Source: an uncultured candidatus Porisulfidus sp.
Lineage (GTDB): Bacteria; Pseudomonadota; Gammaproteobacteria; Poriferisulfidales; Oxydemutatoraceae
Direction: 5' to 3'
DNA length: 64,000 nt
NCBI GenBank assembly: GCA_965215125.1
Contig: OZ244052.1
Location: 1,242,468-1,306,467, forward strand
The number at the start of each line of letters is the position of its first letter. The first letter of the stretch is position 1. Below, one piece after another: positions 38,636 through 46,589 of this stretch. Under the pieces are notes generated by a model. It worked only from the letters and a program-made list of their open reading frames with translations. It had not been told where the DNA came from and ran no database searches. The position numbers and the translations under genes are program-made.

Positions 38636-39558
38636 CCCAACACCAAGAGTTCATGTGAATGTTTTATATGATTGTTTGTTCCGTTCTCTATTCTATTCTT
38701 ACCTATCCTTGTTTCACCTTGCCCTAGGGTGTATTGCCACTTTACTTCTATAATATTAAAATCAGAATACCAGTCTCTTATCGTCTCACAATCATTATAT
38801 GAAAGAATAAACCCGCCCTCATGCTGATATAATAAATCGCGCAACAGTTCATGATTGAATTGGTTATGGTGAACAGGGAAGTTTCTTTGTGGATATATTC
38901 CCTTAAACATCTTGCTATTACCATTCAAATAATAAGGGGGGTCACAATACATGAACGAATCTATGTGTTGAGGTATAGTTCTACTAAAGTTCCCCGAACA
39001 TACCGATAGATTGGGACAAGTGAAGTTTCTAACTTTATCAAGCAACCTAATATATCTGCTCTCTTCTTCGTATATTTTTGACATCCAACCTAAAAAACCA
39101 GGTCCGTAAGATAGATTATGATTAAACCAATAATGGGCAGCTAAAGATACTTTGTCCTCTATTTTTTGTGACTTGTCCCAATGCTTACGAAGTCTGTTCT
39201 TTACTTGTGAATATTTACTCTTTGTTGGTTTCCATTTGCACAAGCGGCTATATAGTTCTAATGGTTTCTTTAGTTGTATTTGCCAGTAATTTGTTAATAT
39301 ATTGAAAACATCATAACCTTTGACTTTTAACCCTAGCTCTTTGGCGCAAGCAATTTCAACACTTCCACCACCAAAAAACGGAGATACTAATGAAGTAATA
39401 TCAGGTGGCAGATGTTCTATTATGTGTCCAACAGCAAGGGTTTTACCACCAGCATATCGCAATGGTAGCCCATTATACCTAGAATACTTATATTTGCCTT
39501 TTCCATTAAGCCTATTTAATAAAAGGCTTTGCCTAGTGTCCGGCTTTAATGCAAACAT
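38632..39558 (-). CDS. DNA N6-adenine methyltransferase, D12 (Dam) class
   Basis: LRYAGGKTLAV (SAM/FxGxG-equivalent region of Dam family), PFFGGGSVEI, and catalytic YCDPPYY. Confidence 0.85.
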   Translation of the reverse strand: MFALKPDTRQSLLLNRLNGKGKYKYSRYNGLPLRYAGGKTLAVGHIIEHLPPDITSLVSPFFGGGSVEIACAKELGLKVKGYDVFNILTNYWQIQLKKPLELYSRLCKWKPTKSKYSQVKNRLRKHWDKSQKIEDKVSLAAHYWFNHNLSYGPGFLGWMSKIYEEESRYIRLLDKVRNFTCPNLSVCSGNFSRTIPQHIDSFMYCDPPYYLNGNSKMFKGIYPQRNFPVHHNQFNHELLRDLLYQHEGGFILSYNDCETIRDWYSDFNIIEVKWQYTLGQGETRIGKNRIENGTNNHIKHSHELLVLG

Positions 39559-39587
39559 GGTGACTACTTTATCAGTTTTTTATAAAG

Positions 39588-39875
39588 TTAATCTCTTGCC
39601 TCACGGACACGCCGAAGCATAAACCAAAACGACTTCTGAGTAATACCTAGTTCCTTTGATAGCTGTAAAGACGATATACCCTTTCGCGCGGTCACTACCA
39701 AATAAATCGCTATATCCCAGCATTGCAAAGGTAGTAGCGATCTGTTCATTTCGCTATCGGTTTTTATCGTAAATGCTCTGCGACAACGATTGCAGTAATG
39801 ATTGTACTTTCTAGGTTTGTATATTTTAACCTTCTCTATTTTTTTACATTTAGGACAGATAGGTTTGCTTCCCAA
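39588..39875 (-). pseudogene. N-terminal fragment (95 aa) of an IS1595-family transposase; DDE domain missing
   Basis: Zinc ribbon CPKC...CNRC followed by an HTH (ISSLQLSKELGITQKSFWFMLRRVREA), typical of the IS1595/ISXO2-like N-terminus. The ORF stops where the catalytic domain should begin. Confidence 0.65.
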
Positions 39876-40092
39876 ATCACACCTTCAATCTACCTAACTG
39901 CTTTTGTTTCAGTAGAAAATATTTTAAGTAATTCAGCTATGCTGATTGTTTGAGTCGTGTGTTTCAATTTCATCTCCATATTTTGCATACTAAAATATCA
40001 AAAATGGAAATAGTGTCAAGTGTCTTACAGATTTTATTTTCAATATTTTTAGTAGGATTTTTACATACTTAAGTATATGATTCTATTTATTT

Positions 40093-40953
40093 TTAACGGG
40101 GTGTGTCGGTTTTTGCGTTTTTCCATCGCCAGCGAGGTTGTCCCCAATACCAGTTTGCAGGAGCCTGTTTTAAGCCTTGTGCTAACTTTTGCGTGTATGA
40201 TGTCAGCAAGGCTCTTTCGTGTCCTTCGCCTTGGTTTTCAATAGGTTCAAGATAGATTCTATAATATCCCTTTTTAATTTTTTCGGTTCTTACGAAGAAC
40301 ACAGCGCATTGTGCCGTGCAGGCAAGCTGTGCGGTGCCCGAGTAAAAATCGGTATGTTGTCCTCCTAGCCATTTCAATTCAATGGATTTTTGGTGACGAT
40401 CGGGTTCACGGTCCGATAATACATAAAAAAAGCATCGTTGCTTGCGATGTTTTACTAGCGTTTTCACAAATTGTTTATGGGGTAGCGGCGTGCCACCGAA
40501 GCAGCTTCTTATGGTATACACCAAACGCTCCAGATGAGGCGATCTTAGGGGTTTGTAGACACCGTAGAAAGGATGCCCGCAATGCAAAAATAGTACTTGA
40601 GCCGCCCATTCCCAGTTGCTTTGATGGCTGGATAATAACAGCACCGGTCGGTTTGTATCGACATCGTCTAAGAGGTCGGGATTCATCAAACGAGCACGCT
40701 TTTGCAACCATTGTTTTCTGCACGATAACAGTTTCACCGTTTCAACCAAAAACTCGGTTTGTAAGAAATAATATCTTCTGCATAAAGCACGAATCTCGTT
40801 TGCGTCATACTCGGGGAATGCTCCGTACAGATTATTTAATACTACCGTACGTTTAGCGCGTAGGATATAGCAATTAAAGGCGGCTAATAACCAAGCAATC
40901 GCATAGAGCAACGATAACGGCAGGCGAGATATAAGAACAGCTAAGCGCATCAT
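40093..40953 (-). CDS. lpxL: Lipid A biosynthesis late acyltransferase (LpxL/LpxM family)
   Basis: N-terminal TM segment, LLLSSHQSNWEW (Hx4E acyltransferase motif), and C-terminal PANWYW. Confidence 0.8.
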   Translation of the reverse strand: MMRLAVLISRLPLSLLYAIAWLLAAFNCYILRAKRTVVLNNLYGAFPEYDANEIRALCRRYYFLQTEFLVETVKLLSCRKQWLQKRARLMNPDLLDDVDTNRPVLLLSSHQSNWEWAAQVLFLHCGHPFYGVYKPLRSPHLERLVYTIRSCFGGTPLPHKQFVKTLVKHRKQRCFFYVLSDREPDRHQKSIELKWLGGQHTDFYSGTAQLACTAQCAVFFVRTEKIKKGYYRIYLEPIENQGEGHERALLTSYTQKLAQGLKQAPANWYWGQPRWRWKNAKTDTPR

Positions 40954-41182
40954 TTGTTATATTTTAAGCCATAGCGGTTTGCGCAAAGTGATTTTTATTG
41001 CAACCCGATGAATAGGCAGCTATTGGTTTGGGAAATCCTATAGGTGGGGTATTTACCGGCGAGTTTTTGTATGTATAACGCTTTTGAGCATAGAAAATTG
41101 TCTGTTCGTATTGAATCATCGTCGTTTAACTGGTATATTCATCAATACTTTTTCACAACTTAACAAAAAGGAGGATATTATA

Positions 41183-41545
41183 ATGAGTGAAGCAAGTTTA
41201 TACGAACGCCTAGGCGGACCGGATAAAATACGCGAGATTTGTACGGATATATACGATAACCATGCAAGCAACCCTAGAATTAAGAGTCGCTTCGTGGATA
41301 GTAATCGTGATGAAGTTATCCAGAGAGTCTGGGAATTTTTCTGTTCCGGTATCGGCGGACCCGAAAGCTATAGCGGCCAAGATATGAAGACTGCACATCG
41401 CGGGATGAATATCGCTGCCGATGAGTTTGTAGAGGTCTGCGATGATGTCATCGCAGCCTTAGATAAACATAATGTCGGGCAAAAAGAGAAAGACGAAGTG
41501 CTGTGCATTTTGTATTCTATGAAACCCGATATCGTCGGTGGCTAA
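41183..41545 (+). CDS. glbN: Group I truncated hemoglobin
   Basis: SLYERLGGPDKIREI...F...M..AHRGMNI..DEF is the trHbN signature. AAGGAGGA Shine-Dalgarno upstream of ATG 41183. Confidence 0.8.
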   Translation: MSEASLYERLGGPDKIREICTDIYDNHASNPRIKSRFVDSNRDEVIQRVWEFFCSGIGGPESYSGQDMKTAHRGMNIAADEFVEVCDDVIAALDKHNVGQKEKDEVLCILYSMKPDIVGG

Positions 41546-41591
41546 AGCCTCGATATAAAAACTGCCCTAGCCATGGAGTATTTAAGTCCAC

Positions 41592-41610
41592 AACATAGTT
41601 AAACTATGTT
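41592..41610. promoter_or_regulatory. Perfect 9-1-9 palindrome upstream of sctQ
   Basis: AACATAGTT-A-AACTATGTT, 43 nt upstream of the sctQ ATG. Nested inside a longer inverted pair CCCTAGCC...GGCTAGGG. Confidence 0.3.
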
Positions 41611-41652
41611 CATTATTTATGGAGGGAGGCTAGGGTCAGCTTAAGCGAACCG

Positions 41653-42927
41653 ATGGAGTGGCAGGTTTCACAGTACCCTCGATTATCGGCACAAACCGTT
41701 GAGTTTGCTAATAAGCTAACTCATAAAGCATCAAACCATTTAGAATTTATCTCGGGTGGGCAGCCGTATGTGCTATGCCCCGATACCACAGTACCGTCTG
41801 CCGAGTTTCCTGCCGCCGTGCAGTGCAGTATCAACGGACACAGTGTGCGGTTCGGTCTTGATTCCGGTGTGTGCGCTTTCCTGTTGTCGGATTGGCTACC
41901 GCTAGAGGATGTTGCGGCGTTGCCGGATAATTTGAAAAAATCGGTCATAATAGCCGTCTTAAATCCAATTGCCGATTTTTTTTCTCAACATTCCGTCGGA
42001 AGTTTTAATGTGGAAGACATTGAATGTCAATCTGCCTATCCGTCCCACTCAAGTTTATTTTTTAACCTATCGTCCATGAACGGAACTGTAGTTGGTCGGA
42101 TATTTGTCAATGTTGATGAGCAAACGACGGACATGCTACATAAAATATGGCAGGCTACTGCGAAACCTGCACCGCTCGGCAATACCGAAGAATTACCTGT
42201 TTGGGTTGAAGTTATTGCTGCCGGCACAAAGCTGAGCTTGAATGAATTTAGTGAATTAAGGAAAGACGATATTATTTTGCTCGATATGGCATTTTCGGAA
42301 CTAAAAGAAGTCTATGCTAGAATTAGTGATAATATATGCTTTTCATCCGTAATTGATGGAAACAAGTTAATAATTCAAAAACCGGGAGGGGTCGTAATGG
42401 CAAGTGACACACAACCGCCGATAGACCGAAATATTGAAGATCAGGCAATTGATGAAGAGATTGCCTTAGGCGAAGACCAAATGCCATTTTCTAATGAAGA
42501 CGAACCCGACGAGGAATCGTTGGATGAGCCTTCTATGGGTGCGGAAAATTCCGACGAGGAATCGCTGGATGCGTCTTCTGTGGAAACAGAAAATTCTGTT
42601 GAAGAGCCTTTTGATACACTACTTTCCGGCGAGACATCCCCAGCTGTATCCGAGGCTGCCGATAGCAAACGAACCGTCTCTCAATTGAACGATCTAGGAG
42701 AGTTGCCGGTAGAATTGTTGTTCATCGTAGATCAATTCAAGACGACCGTGAAAGAGGTTGAGCGTATCAAGCCGGGCTATGTATTTGAATTGAAAAATAA
42801 AGCGATAGGGCAAGCCGAGATTCGTGCCAACGGGACACTCATCGGTGTCGGTGAGTTGGTACAAATCGAGGACCGTGCGGGCGTGCGCGTCATAAAGTTG
42901 TACGGACAGACGAATACCGAAAAATGA
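41653..42927 (+). CDS. sctQ: Type III secretion cytoplasmic-ring protein SctQ (YscQ/SpaO/HrcQ family) with acidic repeat insertion
   Basis: C-terminal SpoA domain (LPVELLFIVDQFKTTVKEVERIKPGYVFEL...IRANGTLIGVGELVQIEDRAGVRVIKL). N-terminal PRLSAQTVEFANKL. Followed by sctRSTU. Confidence 0.8.
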   Translation: MEWQVSQYPRLSAQTVEFANKLTHKASNHLEFISGGQPYVLCPDTTVPSAEFPAAVQCSINGHSVRFGLDSGVCAFLLSDWLPLEDVAALPDNLKKSVIIAVLNPIADFFSQHSVGSFNVEDIECQSAYPSHSSLFFNLSSMNGTVVGRIFVNVDEQTTDMLHKIWQATAKPAPLGNTEELPVWVEVIAAGTKLSLNEFSELRKDDIILLDMAFSELKEVYARISDNICFSSVIDGNKLIIQKPGGVVMASDTQPPIDRNIEDQAIDEEIALGEDQMPFSNEDEPDEESLDEPSMGAENSDEESLDASSVETENSVEEPFDTLLSGETSPAVSEAADSKRTVSQLNDLGELPVELLFIVDQFKTTVKEVERIKPGYVFELKNKAIGQAEIRANGTLIGVGELVQIEDRAGVRVIKLYGQTNTEK

Positions 42928-43046
42928 CTAATCAACCACTGCCGGTGGCAAAGTGCTACTTAATTAAAAGACGACACTAGTCGCATGATAAAGGGGGGGA
43001 AATTCTTGTATATACTCGTTGAGCGAGCTTGTGGAGGGGACTTCTG

Positions 43047-43697
43047 ATGGAAGGTCTGCCTTCTCCTTTTACGTTAATCCTGATTATAGGTGCGATAGGG
43101 ATCATGCCGTTTGTGATTGTTATGGCAACTTCTTTTGCCAAGTTAGTTATAGTCTTTTCATTGATACGCAACGCTTTGGGTATTCAACAAATACCTCCGA
43201 ATACGGCTTTGAACGGTTTGGCTCTGATATTAACGGTATATATCATGATGCCGGTCGTTATCGCAAGCTACGAAGTTATTGCGAGGGAAGACCTACGCTT
43301 GGACGATAAAGAGTCGGTAATACAGGTTTTTAAGGAGGCGTCGGAACCGTATCGCAACTTTCTGCGCAAACACAGCGACCCTAGAGAGAGAGAGTTTTTT
43401 ATGGAGACTGCATACAATTTGTGGGGATACGAACATGTAGAGGAAATGACGGAAGACAATTTATTAATTCTAATGCCGTCTTTCACCGTGAGCGAGTTGA
43501 CCACTGCCTTTGAAATAGGTTTTTTAATTTACCTGCCGTTTATAGTTATAGACTTGATCGTGTCCAATATCCTTTTGGCGATGGGTATGATGATGGTCTC
43601 ACCGATGACTATATCCTTGCCGTTCAAGCTACTTTTGTTTGTTTTTCTTGACGGCTGGACCTATCTTATTCACGGTTTGGTGCTTTCTTATCAATAG
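43047..43697 (+). CDS. sctR: Type III secretion export-apparatus protein SctR (FliP/YscR family)
   Basis: IMPFVIVMATSFAKLVIVFSLIRNALGIQQIPPN and FLIYLPFIVIDLIVSNILLAMGMMM. Start moved to the ATG preceded by GGAGGGG. 216 aa with no FliP-type long signal peptide. Confidence 0.9.
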   Translation: MEGLPSPFTLILIIGAIGIMPFVIVMATSFAKLVIVFSLIRNALGIQQIPPNTALNGLALILTVYIMMPVVIASYEVIAREDLRLDDKESVIQVFKEASEPYRNFLRKHSDPREREFFMETAYNLWGYEHVEEMTEDNLLILMPSFTVSELTTAFEIGFLIYLPFIVIDLIVSNILLAMGMMMVSPMTISLPFKLLLFVFLDGWTYLIHGLVLSYQ

Positions 43698-43699
43698 TC

Positions 43700-43969
43700 A
43701 TGACCGAAGGTGAAATAGTCCAACACGCCAGTAATGCGATGCTACTCGTGCTGATGTTATCGATGCCGCCGATTGTCGTAGCGGCGTTGGTGGGTTTGAT
43801 AGTTAGTCTGATTCAGGCTTTGACGCAAATACAAGAGCAGACTATATCTTTTGCATTTAAGCTCATCGCAATAGTCGTCACGATGTTTTTAACTATGGGT
43901 CAATTAGGAGAGGAATTGTTTGCCTACGGTGAGATTTCCTTCCGCAAGATTTCCGAGGTTGTCTTTTAA
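43700..43969 (+). CDS. sctS: Type III secretion export-apparatus protein SctS (FliQ/YscS family)
   Basis: 89 aa with two TM segments. SLIQALTQIQEQTISFAFKL motif. Confidence 0.9.
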   Translation: MTEGEIVQHASNAMLLVLMLSMPPIVVAALVGLIVSLIQALTQIQEQTISFAFKLIAIVVTMFLTMGQLGEELFAYGEISFRKISEVVF

Positions 43970-44769
43970 TGGAAGTGTTGACTGCTCTTTTCAAAGACTA
44001 TATCGCTATCTATAGTTTGGCGTTACCGAGGCTTATCAGTATCTTTGCCATGCTCGCCTTTTTAAGCCAGCAGACTCTAGGCGGTGCTTTGACGAGAAAC
44101 GGCATACTGCTTAGTTTGGCACTGGTGTTGCATCCTGTAGTTTCTGCCGAAATGGAAACTTTGGATTCACTACCGCACGGGATTTTGTTATTAATTATTA
44201 TTAAAGAGACACTTATAGGTGTGGTTATGGGTTTTTCGGTTGCCTTAATATTTTGGTCGGTAGAGGCGGTCGGTGCTTTTATAGACAACCAGCGCGGTGC
44301 CACTATGGCAAGTTCTATGGATCCTCTGAGCGGCGATCAATCCTCACCGATGGGTACTTTTTTTGTCAACACGATTACCGCAATATTTTTCGTCACCGGA
44401 TTATTTTCCATGTTCATGGCAAACGTTTATGCGAGTTATAAGATATGGCCGGTTACATCTTTTTTCCCCGATCTGAATTTTGATTTGGTGATTTTTTTAC
44501 TCAAGCATTTCGGGCAAATTGTCCTTCTAGCCGTGCTGTTGGGCGCGCCGATAATTATTGCGATGTTTGTGGCAGAATTCGGTTTGATGCTAATCGGTCG
44601 TTTTGCACCGCAGCTCAATATCTTTTTTATGTCTATGTCTATAAAGAGCGCGGTATCCAATTTTATGTTGGTGATATTTTTGGGAATAATGGTTGCCTTT
44701 TTTAGTACCAAGTTGGGAACTATAACCGAGATTTACGCAGAATTGAACGAAGTATGGAGTGAACGATGA
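43969..44769 (+). CDS. sctT: Type III secretion export-apparatus protein SctT (FliR/YscT family)
   Basis: 266-aa polytopic protein in the canonical position between sctS and sctU. Confidence 0.85.
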   Translation: MEVLTALFKDYIAIYSLALPRLISIFAMLAFLSQQTLGGALTRNGILLSLALVLHPVVSAEMETLDSLPHGILLLIIIKETLIGVVMGFSVALIFWSVEAVGAFIDNQRGATMASSMDPLSGDQSSPMGTFFVNTITAIFFVTGLFSMFMANVYASYKIWPVTSFFPDLNFDLVIFLLKHFGQIVLLAVLLGAPIIIAMFVAEFGLMLIGRFAPQLNIFFMSMSIKSAVSNFMLVIFLGIMVAFFSTKLGTITEIYAELNEVWSER

Positions 44770-45809
44770 GCGGTAGTAGCGGTAATAAGACCGAACCTCC
44801 TACGCAGAAAAGGCTGCGCGACGCGCGTAAAAAGGGGCAAGTTGCCAAAAGCAAAGAGGTGGTTAGTGCTTCGCTAATTATTTTTCTACTCGGTTATTTG
44901 TGGCTCTCCAGCGATTACTACATGGAGAAATTTCGCCAGCTGATCGCCCTGCCGGTGACTACCTATGGTATTGATTTTGACGCGGCACTGGGCGAAATAA
45001 TAGTAGAGACTTTCAAGTTTGCAGTTGTTTTGGTTTTGCCGGTAGTCGGTATCGCGCTGATAGTCGGTATCGCCGCTAATTTTTTGCAAATCGGTGCGTT
45101 GTTTGCACCGGAAGTGATTAAAGAGGCCCCTAAAAAGCTCAATCCCGGCAAGGCGTTGAAAAATATATTTTCTAGAAAAAATTTCATTGAATTAATTAAA
45201 TCTATTCTCAAGATTGTATTTCTAGGGTATTTGATCTACTTGGCATTGCGCCACAATATTGGTAATTTAATCGGAATCCCAAACTGCGGATTAGCATGTT
45301 TGTTGCCGATATTCGGTAACCTGATGGGAAAGATTATCACCTATGCAATCATCGCATTTATAATCGTTGCGGTTGCCGATTATTTTTTTCAGAAATTCGA
45401 TTACATCAAAAACCTGAAGATGACCAAAGACGAAGTCAAACGGGAGTTTAAGGAAATGGAGGGCAGCCCGGAAATAAAAAGCCATCGTCGCCAATTATTT
45501 CAAGAAATCGTCAACAGCCAAGTTGCTAATAATGTGAGCCGCTCAAGCGTTATTATCACCAACCCCACCCGCATGGCAATCGGCATCTATTACGATGAGG
45601 AAGAGACACCCTTGCCCGTGGTGACCCTGAAGGAACAAGGGACGATGGCAAAACGCGTCATAGAAATCGCCCGTGAAAAGGGCATCCCGGTGATGGAAAA
45701 TGTGCCGCTTGCACATGCACTGATGGATCAAGCCGATATCAACCAGTACATTCCGTCCGATTTAATCAAACCGATTGCCGAAGTGCTGCGTGTTATAAAA
45801 GAGCTCTAG
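44766..45809 (+). CDS. sctU: Type III secretion substrate-specificity switch protein SctU (FlhB/YscU family), autocleavage motif reads NPTR
   Basis: N-terminus KTEPPTQKRLRDARKKGQVAKSKE, four TM segments, and C-terminal domain ...VIITNPTRMAIGIYYDEEETPLPVV... Confidence 0.9.
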   Translation: MSGSSGNKTEPPTQKRLRDARKKGQVAKSKEVVSASLIIFLLGYLWLSSDYYMEKFRQLIALPVTTYGIDFDAALGEIIVETFKFAVVLVLPVVGIALIVGIAANFLQIGALFAPEVIKEAPKKLNPGKALKNIFSRKNFIELIKSILKIVFLGYLIYLALRHNIGNLIGIPNCGLACLLPIFGNLMGKIITYAIIAFIIVAVADYFFQKFDYIKNLKMTKDEVKREFKEMEGSPEIKSHRRQLFQEIVNSQVANNVSRSSVIITNPTRMAIGIYYDEEETPLPVVTLKEQGTMAKRVIEIAREKGIPVMENVPLAHALMDQADINQYIPSDLIKPIAEVLRVIKEL

Positions 45810-45812
45810 CAA

Positions 45813-45922
45813 CCCTCTTGAAGGGATGGCAGGCGCGATAGAACCGCCGTTTGTTGCAGTAGCACAAACGGCGTGACATTGTGCAGAACCTTAACACATA
45901 TTGCAAAATGTAAAGCCTTTCG
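45813..45922 (-). repeat. Copy B of the two-copy structured intergenic element (10-bp-stem hairpin, loop GCTACTGCA on the minus strand)
   Basis: The minus strand aligns with 19004-19086. Hairpin CGCCGTTTGT-TGCAGTAGC-ACAAACGGCG at 45845-45873. Begins 4 nt after the sctU stop. Confidence 0.6.
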
Positions 45923-45945
45923 CCGGGGTGGTCTTCCCATTCTAT

Positions 45946-45998
45946 GGAAGGGTGGCAGGCGTAACCTGACGGGAGGATCACAGCTGCCACACGCTTCC
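45946..45998. other. Interrupted 12-bp-stem hairpin in the sctU/tlpA-like convergent intergenic region
   Basis: GGAAG-G-GTGGCAG...24 nt...CTGCCAC-ACG-CTTCC, followed on the plus strand by AATTTTGGTTT. Its 5' arm repeats GAAGGG(A)TGGCAGGCG, also found at 45820-45835. Confidence 0.35.
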
Positions 45999-46017
45999 AA
46001 TTTTGGTTTCCGTAGGT

Positions 46018-46584
46018 TCAATCGCGCGCCACTAAAGCGAGCAACGGTTCAATCTGCGAGACGAGTGTTTGCTTGTCAAGTTCACCGGCTTTGATGTAGC
46101 GGATCGTGCCTTGCCGATCGAGTAGCACACTGTAAGGGAGTCCACCCGATTGGTTGCCGAGCACCGATGCGACTTTCAAAGCATCGTCGTAGCCTATCAG
46201 TTGAGGATACTGCACTTGAGGAATAGATTCTAGAAACTCCAAGACTTCTTCTTTTTCATCAATCGCAATGCCGACGACCTCAAAGCCGTCGTCGTGGAAA
46301 AATTCACGGACTTCGTTGAATACCGGAATTTCTCGGCGACACGGTGGACACCACGCTGCCCAAAAATTTAGTAGCACAATTTTTCCGTCCCAAGTTGAGA
46401 CCGAGGTGTAGTTTTCATCTAAATCATAAAGACTGAAGTCGGGGCGCACGGTGCCGATTAACGGATGGTCTGTTGTCGTCGTAGCTTCGGGCAGGAGGTA
46501 GTAGTTTATATAAAAAGCGGTAAAAGCACCGATTGCAGCGGATAGTAGCGCAGTGATTAGTATTAGACGGCTACGGATGGTCAT
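46018..46584 (-). CDS. Membrane-anchored thiol:disulfide oxidoreductase (TlpA/ResA/DsbE-like thioredoxin)
   Basis: N-terminal TM segment and WAAWCPPCRREIP active site. Confidence 0.85.
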   Translation of the reverse strand: MTIRSRLILITALLSAAIGAFTAFYINYYLLPEATTTTDHPLIGTVRPDFSLYDLDENYTSVSTWDGKIVLLNFWAAWCPPCRREIPVFNEVREFFHDDGFEVVGIAIDEKEEVLEFLESIPQVQYPQLIGYDDALKVASVLGNQSGGLPYSVLLDRQGTIRYIKAGELDKQTLVSQIEPLLALVARD

Positions 46585-46589
46585 CGTTT

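Larger units (their letters stand above)
37788..40084 (-). mobile_element. IR-bounded 2.3-kb cassette: truncated IS1595-type transposase plus Dam-class methyltransferase plus two nuclease-candidate ORFs
   Basis: AGAATTATATACTTTAAGTATGTAAA at 37788-37813. Its imperfect inverted copy TTTACATACTTAAGTATATGATTCT lies within 40055-40084 (one indel, one mismatch). All four ORFs are co-oriented. AT-rich. Confidence 0.65.

Noticed and set aside
41653-45809. Flagellar fliN-fliP-fliQ-fliR-flhB interpretation of the five-gene module
   Set aside because: There is no fliO. The first gene is 424 aa with an SctQ-like N-terminus rather than a ~130-aa FliN or a FliM/FliY with an N-terminal CheY-binding peptide. 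The FliP homologue lacks the long cleavable signal. No other flagellar genes are nearby. This cannot be fully excluded without phylogeny.
45810-46017. Possible known ncRNA (6S RNA, SRP RNA, tmRNA, cobalamin or TPP riboswitch) in the sctU/tlpA spacer
   Set aside because: No end-to-end closing stem with a central bubble (6S). No B12 box, no CUGAGA TPP core, no SRP domain IV motif. The spacer also lies between convergent gene ends, so a riboswitch has nothing to regulate. It is kept only as an unclassified structured region.
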